64,000 nucleotides of DNA. Source: Bacteroidia bacterium (GTDB lineage: Bacteria > Bacteroidota > Bacteroidia > Bacteroidales > Prolixibacteraceae). The stretch is from contig JAPLDS010000042.1 in NCBI GenBank assembly GCA_026391295.1, forward strand, positions 65,684 through 129,683, written 5' to 3'. Positions within the stretch are counted from its first letter, which is position 1. The number at the start of each line of letters is the position of its first letter. Both the position numbers and the translations under genes were made by a program. The notes under the pieces are model-generated. The model saw only the letters and a list, made by a program, of their open reading frames with translations. It was not told the DNA's origin and did not search any database. Shown here one piece after another: positions 43,274 to 54,450 of the stretch.

Positions 43274-46200
43274 ATGACCACGAAAAGCAACATAAGAGAA
43301 ATATTAGAAAATCGTATCCTCGTTCTAGACGGAGCCATGGGGACGATGATTCAACGAGTAAAATTAACGGAAGAGGACTTCCGTGGTGAAAAATTTAAAA
43401 ATTGGAACTCTCCACTTAAAGGAGACAACGACTTACTATCGATCACCATGCCATCAGTAATTCAAGAAATTCATGAACTTTTTCTTGAAGCTGGCGCTGA
43501 TATACTCTCTACAAATACTTTTAACGCTACCCGGATCTCACAAGCCGATTATGGCCTAGAAGATCATGTTTACGAACTCAACAAGCAATCGGCACAAATT
43601 GCAAAAGCGGCCGCTAATAAATATTCGACAACTGAAAAGCCTCGCTTCGTAGCAGGAGCCGTTGGGCCAACAAATAAAACCTGTTCAATGTCGCCGGATG
43701 TCAACGACGCTGGTTTTAGGGCCGTAACTTTTAATGAAATGAAATCGTCGTATGTCGAACAAGTTGAAGGACTTTTAGATGGAGGCGTCGACCTATTGCT
43801 TGTCGAAACGATCTTTGACACACTCAATGCCAAAGCGGCAATGATGGCGATTGAAGAGACACTAGAGCAGCGGAATATCGTTCTTGACGTAATGATTTCT
43901 GGTACTATTACTGATGCTAGCGGAAGAACTTTATCTGGACAAACAGTCGAAGCATTTCTGAACTCCGTTTCTCATATTAATCTGCTTACCATTGGTCTAA
44001 ACTGTTCGTTAGGAGCCAAAGAGATGCGTCCTTATCTCGAAGAACTTAGTCGGAAAGCACCATTTTATATTAGTGCACATCCAAATGCCGGACTTCCAAA
44101 TCAATTTGGAGAGTACGACGAGACACCCAAAATGATGGGTGGTTTCGTGCAAGACTTCTTTGATCAAAAAATGGTCAATATTATCGGTGGATGCTGCGGA
44201 ACAACACCTGAACATATCAAAGAGTTAGCACAAATGGCAAGTGTCGCAACTCCTCATCAGCCATTTACACCCATCATTGCAACTCGACTTAGTGGATTAG
44301 AGCCACTAACGGTTGATAAAACCACAAACTTTATCAATATCGGAGAACGATGTAATGTATCAGGATCGATAAAGTTTGCCCGACTTATTCGCGAAGAAAA
44401 ATATGAAGAAGCTTTAGCCATTGCTAGAGAAATGGTTGAAGGAGGCGCCCAAGTTATCGATGTTAACATGGATGATGCCATGCTTGATGCCGAGAAAGAG
44501 ATGGTGAAATTTCTTCACCTGGTGATGTCGGAACCTGACATTGCACGATTACCTGTTATGGTTGACTCTTCAAAATGGACGGTCATTGAAGCCGGACTTC
44601 AATGCCTTCAAGGAAAAGCAATTGTTAACTCTATTAGTCTTAAAGAGGGCGAAGAATTTTTCAAAGCCTGCGCCAATAAAATAAAAAAATATGGTGCCGC
44701 TGCAGTTATTATGGCTTTCGATGAGCAAGGACAAGCGGCCACATTTGAAGAACGGATCCGTATCTGTGAACGTGCATACCGAATCTTAGTCGACGAAGTA
44801 GGCTTTCCAGCACAAGATATTATTTTTGACCCCAATGTTTTAACAGTTGGAACAGGGATAGAAGAGCATAACAATTACGCTCTTGACTTTATAAAAGCTA
44901 CCAAATGGATCAAAGAAAATCTTCCATACGCTAAGGTTAGTGGCGGAATTTCAAATGTCTCATTCTCCTTTAGAGGAAACAATACCATCCGAGAAGCTTT
45001 TCATTCTGTATTCCTTTACCATGCCATTGGTGCAGGTCTGGATATGGGTATTGTCAATCCTGGAATGCTTCAAATCTATGATGAAATACCGAAAGATTTA
45101 CTAGAATATGTTGAAGATGTGATCCTCAACCGAAGACCTGATTCTACAGAACGACTGCTTGCCTTTTCAGAAAATATCGCTGCAAAAGGTAAGAAAGAAG
45201 AAAAAACAGAGGAGTGGAGACTTCAAGATGTTAAAGAAAGGATTCAACATGCCTTAGTAAAAGGGATTACAGACTATATCGAAGAAGATATTACTGAATT
45301 ACTCCCTGAATACAATAGTGCAATTCGAGTTATCGAAGAGCCTTTGATGGACGGCATGAACCGAGTGGGCGATCTTTTCGGAAGCGGAAAGATGTTTCTT
45401 CCTCAGGTTATTAAGTCGGCACGTGTCATGAAAAAGGCAGTTGCGTTTCTGCAGCCGTTTATCGAACAAGATAAACTAGACCTGAAACAAGCGCCTACAA
45501 TCAAAAAGAAAATTCTCCTTGCCACCGTAAAAGGCGACGTACATGATATTGGAAAAAACATCGTAGGCGTAGTGCTAGCATGCAATAATTACGAGGTTCT
45601 TGATCTAGGAGTTATGGTTCCAGCAGATAAAATTTTAGACAAAGCCATAGAAGAAAAAGTCGATATTATTGGTCTAAGTGGACTGATAACTCCATCCTTG
45701 GAAGAGATGGCTCATGTGGCAAAAGAGATGCAACGCAGAGCGTTTACAATACCTCTAATGATTGGTGGTGCCACAACTTCTAAAATACATACTGCAGTTA
45801 AGATAGAGCCAGAGTATAGCAATACCGTCGTTTATGTAAAAGATGCCTCGCGTGCTGTTCAGGTGGTCGCAAATCTGCTCGTCAGAGATCCCGATTTTAT
45901 TCAATCAACTCAAAATGAATATATCGAGCTTCGGGCGATGCATAGTGCAAAAAAACCGAAAGAGTACCTCTCTCTGGCAAGCGCTAGAAGCAATGCCTTT
46001 AATCCAAACTGGGACTCTTCAATGGTTTATAAGCCATTAAAGATTGGCATTCAAACGTTCAATGACTATCCCCTTGAGGAGCTAAGAGAGCATATCGATT
46101 GGACCTTCTTCTTTATTGCATGGGAATTTAGAGGTAAGTTTCCGACCATTTTTGATGATCCCAAACAAGGAGCTGAGGTTAAGAAACTTTATGATGAGGC

Positions 46201-46942
46201 AAATCTATTCTTAGATGAGATCATCGCAAAGAAAATGATTACGGCCAAAGGAATTATTGGACTCTGGCCCGCAAACAGCGTTGGCGACGATATTGAGCTT
46301 TATAGCGATGAAAATAGAGATACCCTTCAAGGGACTTTTCATCACCTTAGACAGCAACAAAAACGTGGAGAAAATCTCCCGAATTACTGCCTAAGTGATT
46401 TTGTAGCCCCTAAAAGTTCGGGGGTATCAGATTACTGCGGAGGGTTTGCTGTAACAGCAGGAATAGGAATTGCTGAATGGATTGAGAAATTCAAATCAGA
46501 AGGAGATGATTATCATGCCATCCTCTTAGAATCATTAGCTGATCGATTGGCTGAGGCTTTTGCAGAACGAATTCATGAACGAGTGCGCAAAGAGTTCTGG
46601 GGCTATGCACCTGATGAAAATTTGACGCCTATGGATTTGATAAATTGCAAATATCAAGGAATTAGGCCAGCAGCTGGATATCCTGCATGCCCGGAACATT
46701 CGGAGAAAAAAGTATTATTCGATCTATTAGGCGCGACAGAAAAAGTGGATATCCATCTGACCGAGCACTTCTCTATGTATCCTACCGCATCAGTTTGTGG
46801 ACAATACTTTGCCCATAAAAATGCAGTGTATTTCGGATTAGAGCGGATTGAAAAGGATCAAGTAGAAGATTTTGCTCGACGTAAAAATGTTGCTACTGAA
46901 TATATCGAGAAGTTCTTGCCGTCGAATTTAAGCTATAAATAG
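43274..46942 (+). CDS. metH: cobalamin-dependent methionine synthase
   Basis: 1222 aa. Contains the homocysteine S-methyltransferase, pterin-binding, B12-binding ([12 protein letters not shown]) and AdoMet activation domains. Confidence 0.97.
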   Translation: MTTKSNIREILENRILVLDGAMGTMIQRVKLTEEDFRGEKFKNWNSPLKGDNDLLSITMPSVIQEIHELFLEAGADILSTNTFNATRISQADYGLEDHVYELNKQSAQIAKAAANKYSTTEKPRFVAGAVGPTNKTCSMSPDVNDAGFRAVTFNEMKSSYVEQVEGLLDGGVDLLLVETIFDTLNAKAAMMAIEETLEQRNIVLDVMISGTITDASGRTLSGQTVEAFLNSVSHINLLTIGLNCSLGAKEMRPYLEELSRKAPFYISAHPNAGLPNQFGEYDETPKMMGGFVQDFFDQKMVNIIGGCCGTTPEHIKELAQMASVATPHQPFTPIIATRLSGLEPLTVDKTTNFINIGERCNVSGSIKFARLIREEKYEEALAIAREMVEGGAQVIDVNMDDAMLDAEKEMVKFLHLVMSEPDIARLPVMVDSSKWTVIEAGLQCLQGKAIVNSISLKEGEEFFKACANKIKKYGAAAVIMAFDEQGQAATFEERIRICERAYRILVDEVGFPAQDIIFDPNVLTVGTGIEEHNNYALDFIKATKWIKENLPYAKVSGGISNVSFSFRGNNTIREAFHSVFLYHAIGAGLDMGIVNPGMLQIYDEIPKDLLEYVEDVILNRRPDSTERLLAFSENIAAKGKKEEKTEEWRLQDVKERIQHALVKGITDYIEEDITELLPEYNSAIRVIEEPLMDGMNRVGDLFGSGKMFLPQVIKSARVMKKAVAFLQPFIEQDKLDLKQAPTIKKKILLATVKGDVHDIGKNIVGVVLACNNYEVLDLGVMVPADKILDKAIEEKVDIIGLSGLITPSLEEMAHVAKEMQRRAFTIPLMIGGATTSKIHTAVKIEPEYSNTVVYVKDASRAVQVVANLLVRDPDFIQSTQNEYIELRAMHSAKKPKEYLSLASARSNAFNPNWDSSMVYKPLKIGIQTFNDYPLEELREHIDWTFFFIAWEFRGKFPTIFDDPKQGAEVKKLYDEANLFLDEIIAKKMITAKGIIGLWPANSVGDDIELYSDENRDTLQGTFHHLRQQQKRGENLPNYCLSDFVAPKSSGVSDYCGGFAVTAGIGIAEWIEKFKSEGDDYHAILLESLADRLAEAFAERIHERVRKEFWGYAPDENLTPMDLINCKYQGIRPAAGYPACPEHSEKKVLFDLLGATEKVDIHLTEHFSMYPTASVCGQYFAHKNAVYFGLERIEKDQVEDFARRKNVATEYIEKFLPSNLSYK

Positions 46943-46945
46943 GCT

Positions 46946-47317
46946 TTAAGAAATTTCGTCAACCACTTGTCTCAAGAAGTCACGAGTCAAATAATCCTGA
47001 TCAATTAACACACCATCCCATATTACGATGTCCAAATCAATCGTACGAGGTCCAAACTTAGGGGCTGTTCGATCACGTTTTAGTTTGTCTTCAATTGCTT
47101 TAAGATACAGTTGAAAATCAGATTGACTTGAAGCTGTTCTAATTTTTATAGCCCCATTCAAAAAATCTGGTTGATCAAGGATGCCCAATGGCGCTGTATT
47201 GATCCATTTAGATAGTTGCAAAACTTCATGCTCTGAGCTGATTAACGCTATCGCATCTTCAAAATTCTGCTGAGCATTGATATTCGACCCTAGTCCAATG
47301 ATACATTCATGCTTCAT
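46946..47317 (-). CDS. folK: 2-amino-4-hydroxy-6-hydroxymethyldihydropteridine diphosphokinase-like protein (short, 123 aa)
   Basis: IGLGSNI, WINTAPLG, DQPDFLNGA and GPRTIDLDIVIWDG match HPPK motifs. It overlaps the upstream folB-like gene by 4 bp. It seems to lack the C-terminal part of canonical HPPK. Confidence 0.75.
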   Translation of the reverse strand: MKHECIIGLGSNINAQQNFEDAIALISSEHEVLQLSKWINTAPLGILDQPDFLNGAIKIRTASSQSDFQLYLKAIEDKLKRDRTAPKFGPRTIDLDIVIWDGVLIDQDYLTRDFLRQVVDEIS

Positions 47318-47667
47318 TTTCGATACCCCTCTAATTCAACAGAGACAGATTCTGAAAATCGCAAAGCACCTGGCTTATCAACCTCAACTTTCGCGCGAAT
47401 AACACGATGATCTTGAAGGATCAATGTTAATACCTCATGGGCTAATCGCTCCAAAAGATTATACTTGCTTTCTGAGACTAAGGAGATAATCTGTTTCGTT
47501 ATCGTCTTGTAATTATAAATTCCATCCTCTTGATCAGAAAGGATCGCTGCTGAAATATCAACCTCAATCTCAACATTGACAACGACATCTTGCAGGTTAA
47601 TCCTCTCTTCGGGATTAAAACCAATAATAGTTGGGATTAATAAATCTTTGATTCGAATAATAGCCAT
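47314..47667 (-). CDS. folB: dihydroneopterin aldolase family protein (FolB/FolX-type)
   Basis: 117 aa. IIGFNPEERINLQDVVVNVEI and YNLLERLAHEV match the tunnelling-fold DHNA family. Coupled to folK. Confidence 0.78.
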   Translation of the reverse strand: MAIIRIKDLLIPTIIGFNPEERINLQDVVVNVEIEVDISAAILSDQEDGIYNYKTITKQIISLVSESKYNLLERLAHEVLTLILQDHRVIRAKVEVDKPGALRFSESVSVELEGYRK

Positions 47668-47705
47668 ATTTTTCTTTTCGATTACGTATTAAAACTCGAT
47701 GATAT

Positions 47706-48425
47706 CTAAATTAAATGCTCTCCTCCATCACAGAAGATTACCTGACCAGTTAAGTCTTGATTATCTAAAATAAAATCCAAACTTTTAAGGATCGCCAAAA
47801 GACCTGATGGAGTTTTCATTGGAGTTTTTTGAGCTATTTGATCAAGATAAGTATCGTCTTTATCCTCCGGTGGAAGAACGGCTCCAGGGGCAATCCCATT
47901 GACTCGGATAGTTGGTGCAAGTTCTAAAGCTGCCATTTTGGTTAAGTCCGTCAATACTTTTTTCGACAATGAATAAGCCATAAAATCACCCTTATTCTTT
48001 GTAACCCGAGTATCTAATAAATTAACGATTAATCCCTGCTTTGTAGTATTTGCAAAATCACGTATCAGAATAAATGGAGCGATGTAATTAACCATGGTAT
48101 GCTGTAAGATTAAATCATTGCTACTGCTCTTGAGTGTTGCAGAATTAAAAAGTGAAGCATTGTTAATCAGCAGATCAACAGAGCCCATCTTATCAACCAC
48201 ATTCGAGACAAGTTCACTGGTCATTTCTGCAGCGTTAAGATCAACTTTAAATGAAGAAAAGCGCTGAGATGGATACAGAGTCTTCAATTCTAATTCAAGC
48301 TCCGAAATCGTCTCTTTTGAGCTATTGTAATGAATGGCTATATCCCATCCGCTTTTAGCTAGATGAAAAGCCATCGCTCGACCAATTCTTTTAGCTCCGC
48401 CAGTAATCAACGCAACTTTATTCAT
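47706..48425 (-). CDS. SDR family oxidoreductase (pteridine reductase / FolM-like by context)
   Basis: ALITGGAKRIGRAMAFHL (TGxxxRIG), NNAS, YSLSKK (YxxxK) and RVNGIAPG. Lies adjacent to folB/folK. Confidence 0.8.
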   Translation of the reverse strand: MNKVALITGGAKRIGRAMAFHLAKSGWDIAIHYNSSKETISELELELKTLYPSQRFSSFKVDLNAAEMTSELVSNVVDKMGSVDLLINNASLFNSATLKSSSNDLILQHTMVNYIAPFILIRDFANTTKQGLIVNLLDTRVTKNKGDFMAYSLSKKVLTDLTKMAALELAPTIRVNGIAPGAVLPPEDKDDTYLDQIAQKTPMKTPSGLLAILKSLDFILDNQDLTGQVIFCDGGEHLI

Positions 48426-48468
48426 AATGCATGTTTTTATTAAATTTAAAGTAATCTATGAAGGATTA

Positions 48469-48496
48469 CAAAAAAAGGATGCTCGAAAGAGCATCC
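48469..48496 (-). terminator. rho-independent terminator after the YceI-family gene
   Basis: On the minus strand: ggatgctc, loop tttc, gagcatcc, followed by ttttttt (plus-strand A-run 48469-48476). Confidence 0.75.
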
Positions 48497-48521
48497 CTTT
48501 AATGATTAAAAAATGCAATCC

Positions 48522-49166
48522 TTAAATTTTCTTCGCTAGGATACTAAATGCAAGGGTAAAAGTATCCTCAATAGCTTTGTCTGCAATTCCTTGAAAGAAG
48601 CTAGCCGAACCATACTTGATTCCGTAAAGAGTACGATTCACTGTAATCACACCTGAGGCACTTATTTGAGGACCGTCTTTAGTGACTTTTGCAGTGAAGG
48701 CAACCGGCTGAGTGATCCCTTTTATTGTAAGATCAGCAATAATTCTATAGTCATCACCTGAAATTGGAGCAACTGATTTAATCGTCATGGTAGATTCAGG
48801 AAATTTTGCAACACCGAAAAAATCATCTGAGGTTAAATGGCCAATCAATTTCTTGTTGTAACCCGCATCAGTAAGATCTTCACAAATGATTGTTTTCATG
48901 TCAATAACAAATGATCCAGCCGAGATTACCCCTTTTTTAGCCGTGATAGTTCCGCTAGCAAAAGAGATCGTTCCATTGTGTTTTCCAGTAACTTTCTTCG
49001 CTTCCCATTTAACCTTACTTGCAGACTTGTCTAATGCAAAATCTCCTGCGAAAGCAGACGTGCCTAGGCCAACAAGAACGATAAATGCAAATAGTAAAAC
49101 TTTGATTTGAGCAATCATAGAGCGACCAGTGCTAACGTTTTCTGATTGAGAGTTGTTATTCTTCAT
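48522..49166 (-). CDS. YceI family (polyisoprenoid-binding) protein
   Basis: SKVKWEAKKVTGKHNGTISF, and a lipocalin-like beta-barrel pattern with HLTSDDFFGVAKFP. An N-terminal TM or signal segment is present. Confidence 0.82.
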   Translation of the reverse strand: MKNNNSQSENVSTGRSMIAQIKVLLFAFIVLVGLGTSAFAGDFALDKSASKVKWEAKKVTGKHNGTISFASGTITAKKGVISAGSFVIDMKTIICEDLTDAGYNKKLIGHLTSDDFFGVAKFPESTMTIKSVAPISGDDYRIIADLTIKGITQPVAFTAKVTKDGPQISASGVITVNRTLYGIKYGSASFFQGIADKAIEDTFTLAFSILAKKI

Positions 49167-49298
49167 AAGTTGTCTAATTTTTTGTTTAATAGTTTAACAT
49201 TGAAATGGATAGAATTGTTTAACAAAACTAATTTAATTTCATTACAAATTTTGTCGTATCTTTAAAAGTACCATCAGGGAGAGTCAAAATCATCAATT

Positions 49299-50009
49299 AT
49301 GAAAAAATTCGATGAATCTTTAGACGAAATTACCCTTTCTAGTTTTCGATTCTTTAAATCTTTAAGTGAAAATGAACTTAATAGTTTAAACTATGAGAAA
49401 ACATGCTCCTTTATTAAAAAAGGGACAATTCTTTATAATGAAGGAAGTCGGCTTACAGGCTTTTATTGCATCATAAAAGGAATCATAAAAATCTATAAAA
49501 CAGGCCATGATGATAAAGAGCAGATTATTCGCTTTGCAAAAAAAGGGGATATCATCGCGTATCGCTCTCTGCTAAGTCAGGAAGTAGCTAGTACTTCCTC
49601 AAAAATTATTGAAGACGCCATTGTATGTCATGTTCCCTATAAAACCCTTTTAGCACTTATAGATAAGAATCCTGCGTTTGCAATTACTTTGCTTCGAATT
49701 GTTTGTGCAGAACTAAAAGATGCCAATAGTTACATTACAGATATCGCGCAAAAATCCGTTCGCGAAAGACTAGCTGAAGTATTGCTATTATTAAAAGATA
49801 GCTTTGAGTTAGACTCGGAGAAAATAATTCAAATCTCATTAACCAGAGAAGAGCTTGCAAACACGGTAGGCACAGCTACCGAATCTATCATTCGACTTCT
49901 GTCAGAATTTAATCAAAACAAACTCATTGAACTAAGCGGACGGAGAATAAAAATCATAAATCTTCCAGGACTAATAAAAATTGCCAATATTTATCCGCAC
50001 CTGAAATAG
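49299..50009 (+). CDS. Crp/Fnr family transcriptional regulator
   Basis: cNMP-binding beta-roll (GTILYNEGSRLTGFYCIIKGIIKIY) plus a C-terminal HTH (LTREELANTVGTATESIIRLLSEF). Confidence 0.9.
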   Translation: MKKFDESLDEITLSSFRFFKSLSENELNSLNYEKTCSFIKKGTILYNEGSRLTGFYCIIKGIIKIYKTGHDDKEQIIRFAKKGDIIAYRSLLSQEVASTSSKIIEDAIVCHVPYKTLLALIDKNPAFAITLLRIVCAELKDANSYITDIAQKSVRERLAEVLLLLKDSFELDSEKIIQISLTREELANTVGTATESIIRLLSEFNQNKLIELSGRRIKIINLPGLIKIANIYPHLK

Positions 50010-50033
50010 TATTAGGCGTTTGTCGGTCCATAC

Positions 50034-51254
50034 TTACATCCGATGCAACCACGCTTCTGGGTCAAGCTTTGTGTTTTCGTGCCATAACTGAAATTTAAGC
50101 ACGCACTTATTTTCATCATTCTGATCGGTATACACACTGCCAATATCTTCCTTCCCCTCTACATGCTGTCCTGCCTTAACAAACACCTCGCTCAAATTGG
50201 AATAAACTGTAAGATAACTTCCATGTCGAATGATGACAGCAATATTTCCGCCAGGAATGGCAACAACTTTTGTAACCTCCCCTTTAAATATCGAGCGCAC
50301 TTTAGCATGAGCCTGGGTAGTTATGTCGACGCCAGCATTTCTTACCGTGACATATTTTAGGACCGCATGCGGATGCTCGCCAAAATGATCTGTTATTAAT
50401 CCCCGCTGAACAGGCCAAGGAAACTTGCCGCGATTATTCGAAAATCCACCCGATAAAGCCTTGTCTTCCGAAGGCAAAACTACACTTTTATCACTCGTCG
50501 ATTTATGAGCCACTTTCTTTGCTTCATCAGAAATTACTCGCTCAATCTCCTGTTGCAAGCGAAGCTCGGCCCTACGTTGACTATCTAATTTTTTCCCTAA
50601 GTCTTTCTCCTTCTGATGAAGTTCTGTATAAACACTTTTTTGTTGTTTTTTCTGCCTTTCAATAATTTTAGTCTGCTTAACCTTCGATACCAAAAGCAGC
50701 TGTTTATCATCCTTGCGCTTATTGAAGTCAACTAATTGGTCAGATATTGCTTGTTTATAAGCGACAATTTTCTCAGCTTGCTTGCGTCGATAATCCGCAT
50801 ATTGCTTTAAGTAAATAAAACGCTTGTAGGCTTGATTAAAGTCCTGCGCCGATAAGATAAATAGAAGCTGATTACTATTATCTTCATTCCGATCGGCATA
50901 CCTAACCATTGAAGCATACTTACTCTTTACCGTTTGAAGTGTTTGATTTAGCGAATCGATGCGACCAGAATTTTGCTGAATGGAGGAATCTAAATATCCA
51001 ATCTCGCCAGTAATATTATTAATCAATGCATCTTGCAACTTGATCTGTTTCTCCAAGACAGATAACCGATTTAGTGAGGCTTTTGACCTGCTATTCGTCT
51101 CTTTTAAAAGGCTATTTATATATTCTATCTCAGATGCTGTCTTCTCCTTGCGTTTTCTAAGCTCTTCAAGTGATTGGCCATAAGCTTGAGCTCCCAAAAG
51201 GATTATCCCTACGAGAAAAAGCAGACTAAAATATCGCGAAATAGAATAATTCAT
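50034..51254 (-). CDS. M23 family peptidase with N-terminal coiled coil (EnvC-like murein hydrolase activator)
   Basis: Signal peptide, a long coiled-coil region, and a C-terminal LytM-type domain (NAGVDI, GNIAVIIRHGSYLTVYSNL, LKFQLWHE). Confidence 0.85.
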   Translation of the reverse strand: MNYSISRYFSLLFLVGIILLGAQAYGQSLEELRKRKEKTASEIEYINSLLKETNSRSKASLNRLSVLEKQIKLQDALINNITGEIGYLDSSIQQNSGRIDSLNQTLQTVKSKYASMVRYADRNEDNSNQLLFILSAQDFNQAYKRFIYLKQYADYRRKQAEKIVAYKQAISDQLVDFNKRKDDKQLLLVSKVKQTKIIERQKKQQKSVYTELHQKEKDLGKKLDSQRRAELRLQQEIERVISDEAKKVAHKSTSDKSVVLPSEDKALSGGFSNNRGKFPWPVQRGLITDHFGEHPHAVLKYVTVRNAGVDITTQAHAKVRSIFKGEVTKVVAIPGGNIAVIIRHGSYLTVYSNLSEVFVKAGQHVEGKEDIGSVYTDQNDENKCVLKFQLWHENTKLDPEAWLHRM

Positions 51255-51274
51255 TACTAAGATCTTGAGTTTGA

Positions 51275-52153
51275 TTATTCGATTAGCTTGGCTTTATACT
51301 TAGGCGAAACAGAAAATCCGAAATTCTTTTCGTCGTTCAAACTAACCTTAGATAATTCGATGGCTAATTTAACTTTTTTCTGCCCCAATAGCTCTATTTC
51401 CATTAGCCCCGGAAACCATTGCTCCGTAACCTTTTCATATCTTGAAAACTCTAACCTCACACCATTATCGCTATTAAGATCCTTAAAAAGCATCCGTTTA
51501 ACAACAAATGAATCGGCATCAATATAAATATCTTGTTTGATAATATGCTCTACATCCAGCTTATTTCGATATCGTTCCAAAGCCACCTCATTCTTGTTGA
51601 TTCGCTTTAGTTTACTCGAGCGAATGGAAGAAATTTTATACATCCGATCTTCTATCTCGCAGGCATAGTCTCTAAAATCATTCTCGCGACTATCCTGTCG
51701 AACGGAAAATAATTGATTGCTCAAAAGCGCTTCTAAAACACTATAGTCAACCTCTAAACCCAAAAGCTTACTGAGGTAGGTATTTGCACCCACGAATAAC
51801 TCCTGATCAATAAAATAGGCCAACTTAAAAGAATCTTGCGACACCTCTAATTTACCCACTGGAATAGAGAGTTTCTGAGCATACATTTGAATGACACTAT
51901 CTCTCCTAATTTTATAGGATCCTCGAATGGAAGTCTCCTTGCCCTCATTGTCGAGTGTAAAATTGACTTTCCTGACAGTCAGAGTTTCGTAATTCAACGA
52001 CTTATCATTAACAAGCTTAATAACCCTTCCCCTGCTTAAGTGTTTTATCTTCTTGGGTGCAGCAACCTTTTCGATATGCTTGCAACCAAATAGCAAAAAG
52101 CTCAAGATAAATGCAGTCGTAAAATAAGAAACAACCTTTTTAAAGTGCCTCAT
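51275..52153 (-). CDS. lipoprotein of unknown function (DUF4292-like by architecture and synteny)
   Basis: The ATG at 52151-52153 gives MRHFKKVVSYFTTAFILSFLLFGC (lipobox). The track start at 52204 is a TTG extension. The conserved Bacteroidetes neighbourhood is TPR protein / this gene / M23 peptidase. Confidence 0.55.
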   Translation of the reverse strand: MRHFKKVVSYFTTAFILSFLLFGCKHIEKVAAPKKIKHLSRGRVIKLVNDKSLNYETLTVRKVNFTLDNEGKETSIRGSYKIRRDSVIQMYAQKLSIPVGKLEVSQDSFKLAYFIDQELFVGANTYLSKLLGLEVDYSVLEALLSNQLFSVRQDSRENDFRDYACEIEDRMYKISSIRSSKLKRINKNEVALERYRNKLDVEHIIKQDIYIDADSFVVKRMLFKDLNSDNGVRLEFSRYEKVTEQWFPGLMEIELLGQKKVKLAIELSKVSLNDEKNFGFSVSPKYKAKLIE

Positions 52154-52157
52154 ACGT

Positions 52158-53834
52158 TTAGTCTTCTTCCTCCAAAAAATACAAAATATCGCCATAATGC
52201 TCAATCAAAACAGCTGTATCTTCTGTCGTTTTTGACAGCGCTGTCTCCATGTAAAATTTTGCCAATTGATAATCCTTTTTCATAAAAAATATCCAAGCAT
52301 AGGTGTCTAGATACGTTGCATTATTTGGATTGTTCTGAACCACTTTAGCACTTAATTTTTCAGCAACTGCAAGTCTTTCACCTCGAATTGAAAGGTAATA
52401 TGCATAATTATTTAATGCCATATAATTCTCTGGATCTAAGGACACCACCTTATCAAAAACATCAAATGCCTCATTATAGCGTTTTAAATAATAGAAAGCT
52501 TCTGCTCTATACGTATATAATTGTGATAAAATCTTAGGATCATTCTTCACATGAACCAGGCCTGAATCAATGACAGACAACAGCTCCGTATATTTTTTCT
52601 GTTGAATTAAACCAACAGATTTTAAGATATAAATCATGGGCTGCTCGGGGAAGTAGCTCAATGCCTTTTGGCTCTCCTCATTCATCGCATTCCAATCCAT
52701 CAAATCATTATTAAAAAGAAGCAAATGCTCCCAATAGGGATAATTATCCTTTTTAAACATCAGAATTTTCCGCATCTGGTCCCTGGCTGCCACTATTTGC
52801 TTCCTATTTTGATAATAATCAACAAGAAAAGTTAGCGGACGCTCGTCCTTCGGATGTGCCTTAATTAAGGACTGAATCAATTGGAGCTGCCTTGGCTCAG
52901 AGAGGATTGATCCACCAGCCTTTAAGATGCCCATATACATTTGTGCCTTAGGCTCCAATTCAAGATCGCTATTTAAAAAAGCCAAGTTAAGATGCTCGAA
53001 GCACTTCGCCGAATCATTGGCCTCCAAATAAAAATCCGCAATAGAAAGATGCACAAAGCCATCGGTTGGATCTAATTCAACAACACGATTGTAATTTTCA
53101 AGCGCTTTTACTCGATCCTTATCGGCTAGATACAACTCAGCTAACAATCCATAATACTTAGAAACTGAAGGATAGGCTTTAATTAATTTTTCAAGCTCGG
53201 CATAAGCAGCTGGCTTGTTCCCCATTTGAAGATATACTTGCTGTCTTCCGAGTGCTATAGGTTCAGAATAACCCAATTTCTTCTCCAATGAATTGTAAAA
53301 GCTTAATGCCTGATCTGACTTGCCAGCCATGGCGATTAACGCACCTTGATAGAACGAAAATTCAGGATTTGTGGGGACTAATTTTGAAAGTACTTCATAT
53401 TGTTCAGCTGCCTTTTCATAGAGTTTATTTTGTTGGTAGACCTTAACTAGCAACAAACGATAATATTGATTCTCGGGATTAAATTGAACAGCTTTCTCAA
53501 GCAAAAACATCGAGCTCTGATAATCATCTTTTGAGACGTGAATATTGGCCATCTCATACAACGTAGCCGAAGAGCGAGCATCAACCTCCAAGCATCTTGA
53601 AAATAACTTGATCGCCTCATCAACATTCCCCATTGACTTTTGCTTCAACCCCTCAATAAAAAGATACTCAAATTCTTTTCTACTCTCAGGAGAGAGTTTA
53701 AGTTCCAAGGTGTCTGTATTAACAATCTTAGGCTCAACGGAACCAACAGCTTTCTTTGAAACTTGGCAGGAAAATATAGAACTAAAGCCTATTAGTATTA
53801 TGAAAAAAACGACTACTTGGTTCTTTTTTGCCAT
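52158..53834 (-). CDS. tetratricopeptide repeat protein (secreted)
   Basis: Signal peptide followed by many TPR units along 558 aa (for example AIKLFSRCLEVDARSSATLYEMANIH and AFDVFDKVVSLDPENYMALNNYAYYL). Confidence 0.85.
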   Translation of the reverse strand: MAKKNQVVVFFIILIGFSSIFSCQVSKKAVGSVEPKIVNTDTLELKLSPESRKEFEYLFIEGLKQKSMGNVDEAIKLFSRCLEVDARSSATLYEMANIHVSKDDYQSSMFLLEKAVQFNPENQYYRLLLVKVYQQNKLYEKAAEQYEVLSKLVPTNPEFSFYQGALIAMAGKSDQALSFYNSLEKKLGYSEPIALGRQQVYLQMGNKPAAYAELEKLIKAYPSVSKYYGLLAELYLADKDRVKALENYNRVVELDPTDGFVHLSIADFYLEANDSAKCFEHLNLAFLNSDLELEPKAQMYMGILKAGGSILSEPRQLQLIQSLIKAHPKDERPLTFLVDYYQNRKQIVAARDQMRKILMFKKDNYPYWEHLLLFNNDLMDWNAMNEESQKALSYFPEQPMIYILKSVGLIQQKKYTELLSVIDSGLVHVKNDPKILSQLYTYRAEAFYYLKRYNEAFDVFDKVVSLDPENYMALNNYAYYLSIRGERLAVAEKLSAKVVQNNPNNATYLDTYAWIFFMKKDYQLAKFYMETALSKTTEDTAVLIEHYGDILYFLEEED

Positions 53835-53872
53835 TCGTATAATTTTACTGCGCGATTAGGTTAAGATGAAAA

Positions 53873-54310
53873 TTAATGCTTGCCCGTATGACCAAAGCCA
53901 CCTTCACCCCGCGAAGTATTTTGCAAAACTTCAGCAACTTCCCAGGTAACCACTTCGTGAGCAGCAACAACCATCTGTGCAATGCGCTCACCATGCTGAA
54001 TTACAAAATCTTCATTCGAAAGATTGATCATAATCACCATAATCTCACCGCGATAGTCTGCATCAATAGTGCCTGGAGAATTGAGCACCGTAACCCCCTT
54101 CTTGATTGCCAGGCCACTTCTAGGTCGCACCTGTGCTTCGTAACCAATGGGTAATTCAATAGATAAACCGGTCGGAATTAATTTACGCTCCAATGGCCTT
54201 AGGATAACTTCTTCAGAAAGATTAGCTCGCAAATCCATCCCTGCCGCATGCTCAGTGCCATACTCGGGTAATTCGTTTGAAGAGTTATTAATTATTTTAA
54301 TTTTCATCAT
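53873..54310 (-). CDS. dut: dUTP diphosphatase
   Basis: [25 protein letters not shown] and FGHTG. The track start at 54316 is a TTG, so I use the ATG at 54308-54310. Confidence 0.95.
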   Translation of the reverse strand: MMKIKIINNSSNELPEYGTEHAAGMDLRANLSEEVILRPLERKLIPTGLSIELPIGYEAQVRPRSGLAIKKGVTVLNSPGTIDADYRGEIMVIMINLSNEDFVIQHGERIAQMVVAAHEVVTWEVAEVLQNTSRGEGGFGHTGKH

Positions 54311-54450
54311 GCTCAATTATATTGTGATACGATTTGAAAAAGTTTGCCTAAGGTGATCTTAATTTTTTATCCTATCCCCTTTTATTTAGAGCCATTGTGG
54401 CGATATTTTCAGTCTGCTAAGATAGTAAACATTCCGTTCCCTTCTCCATT

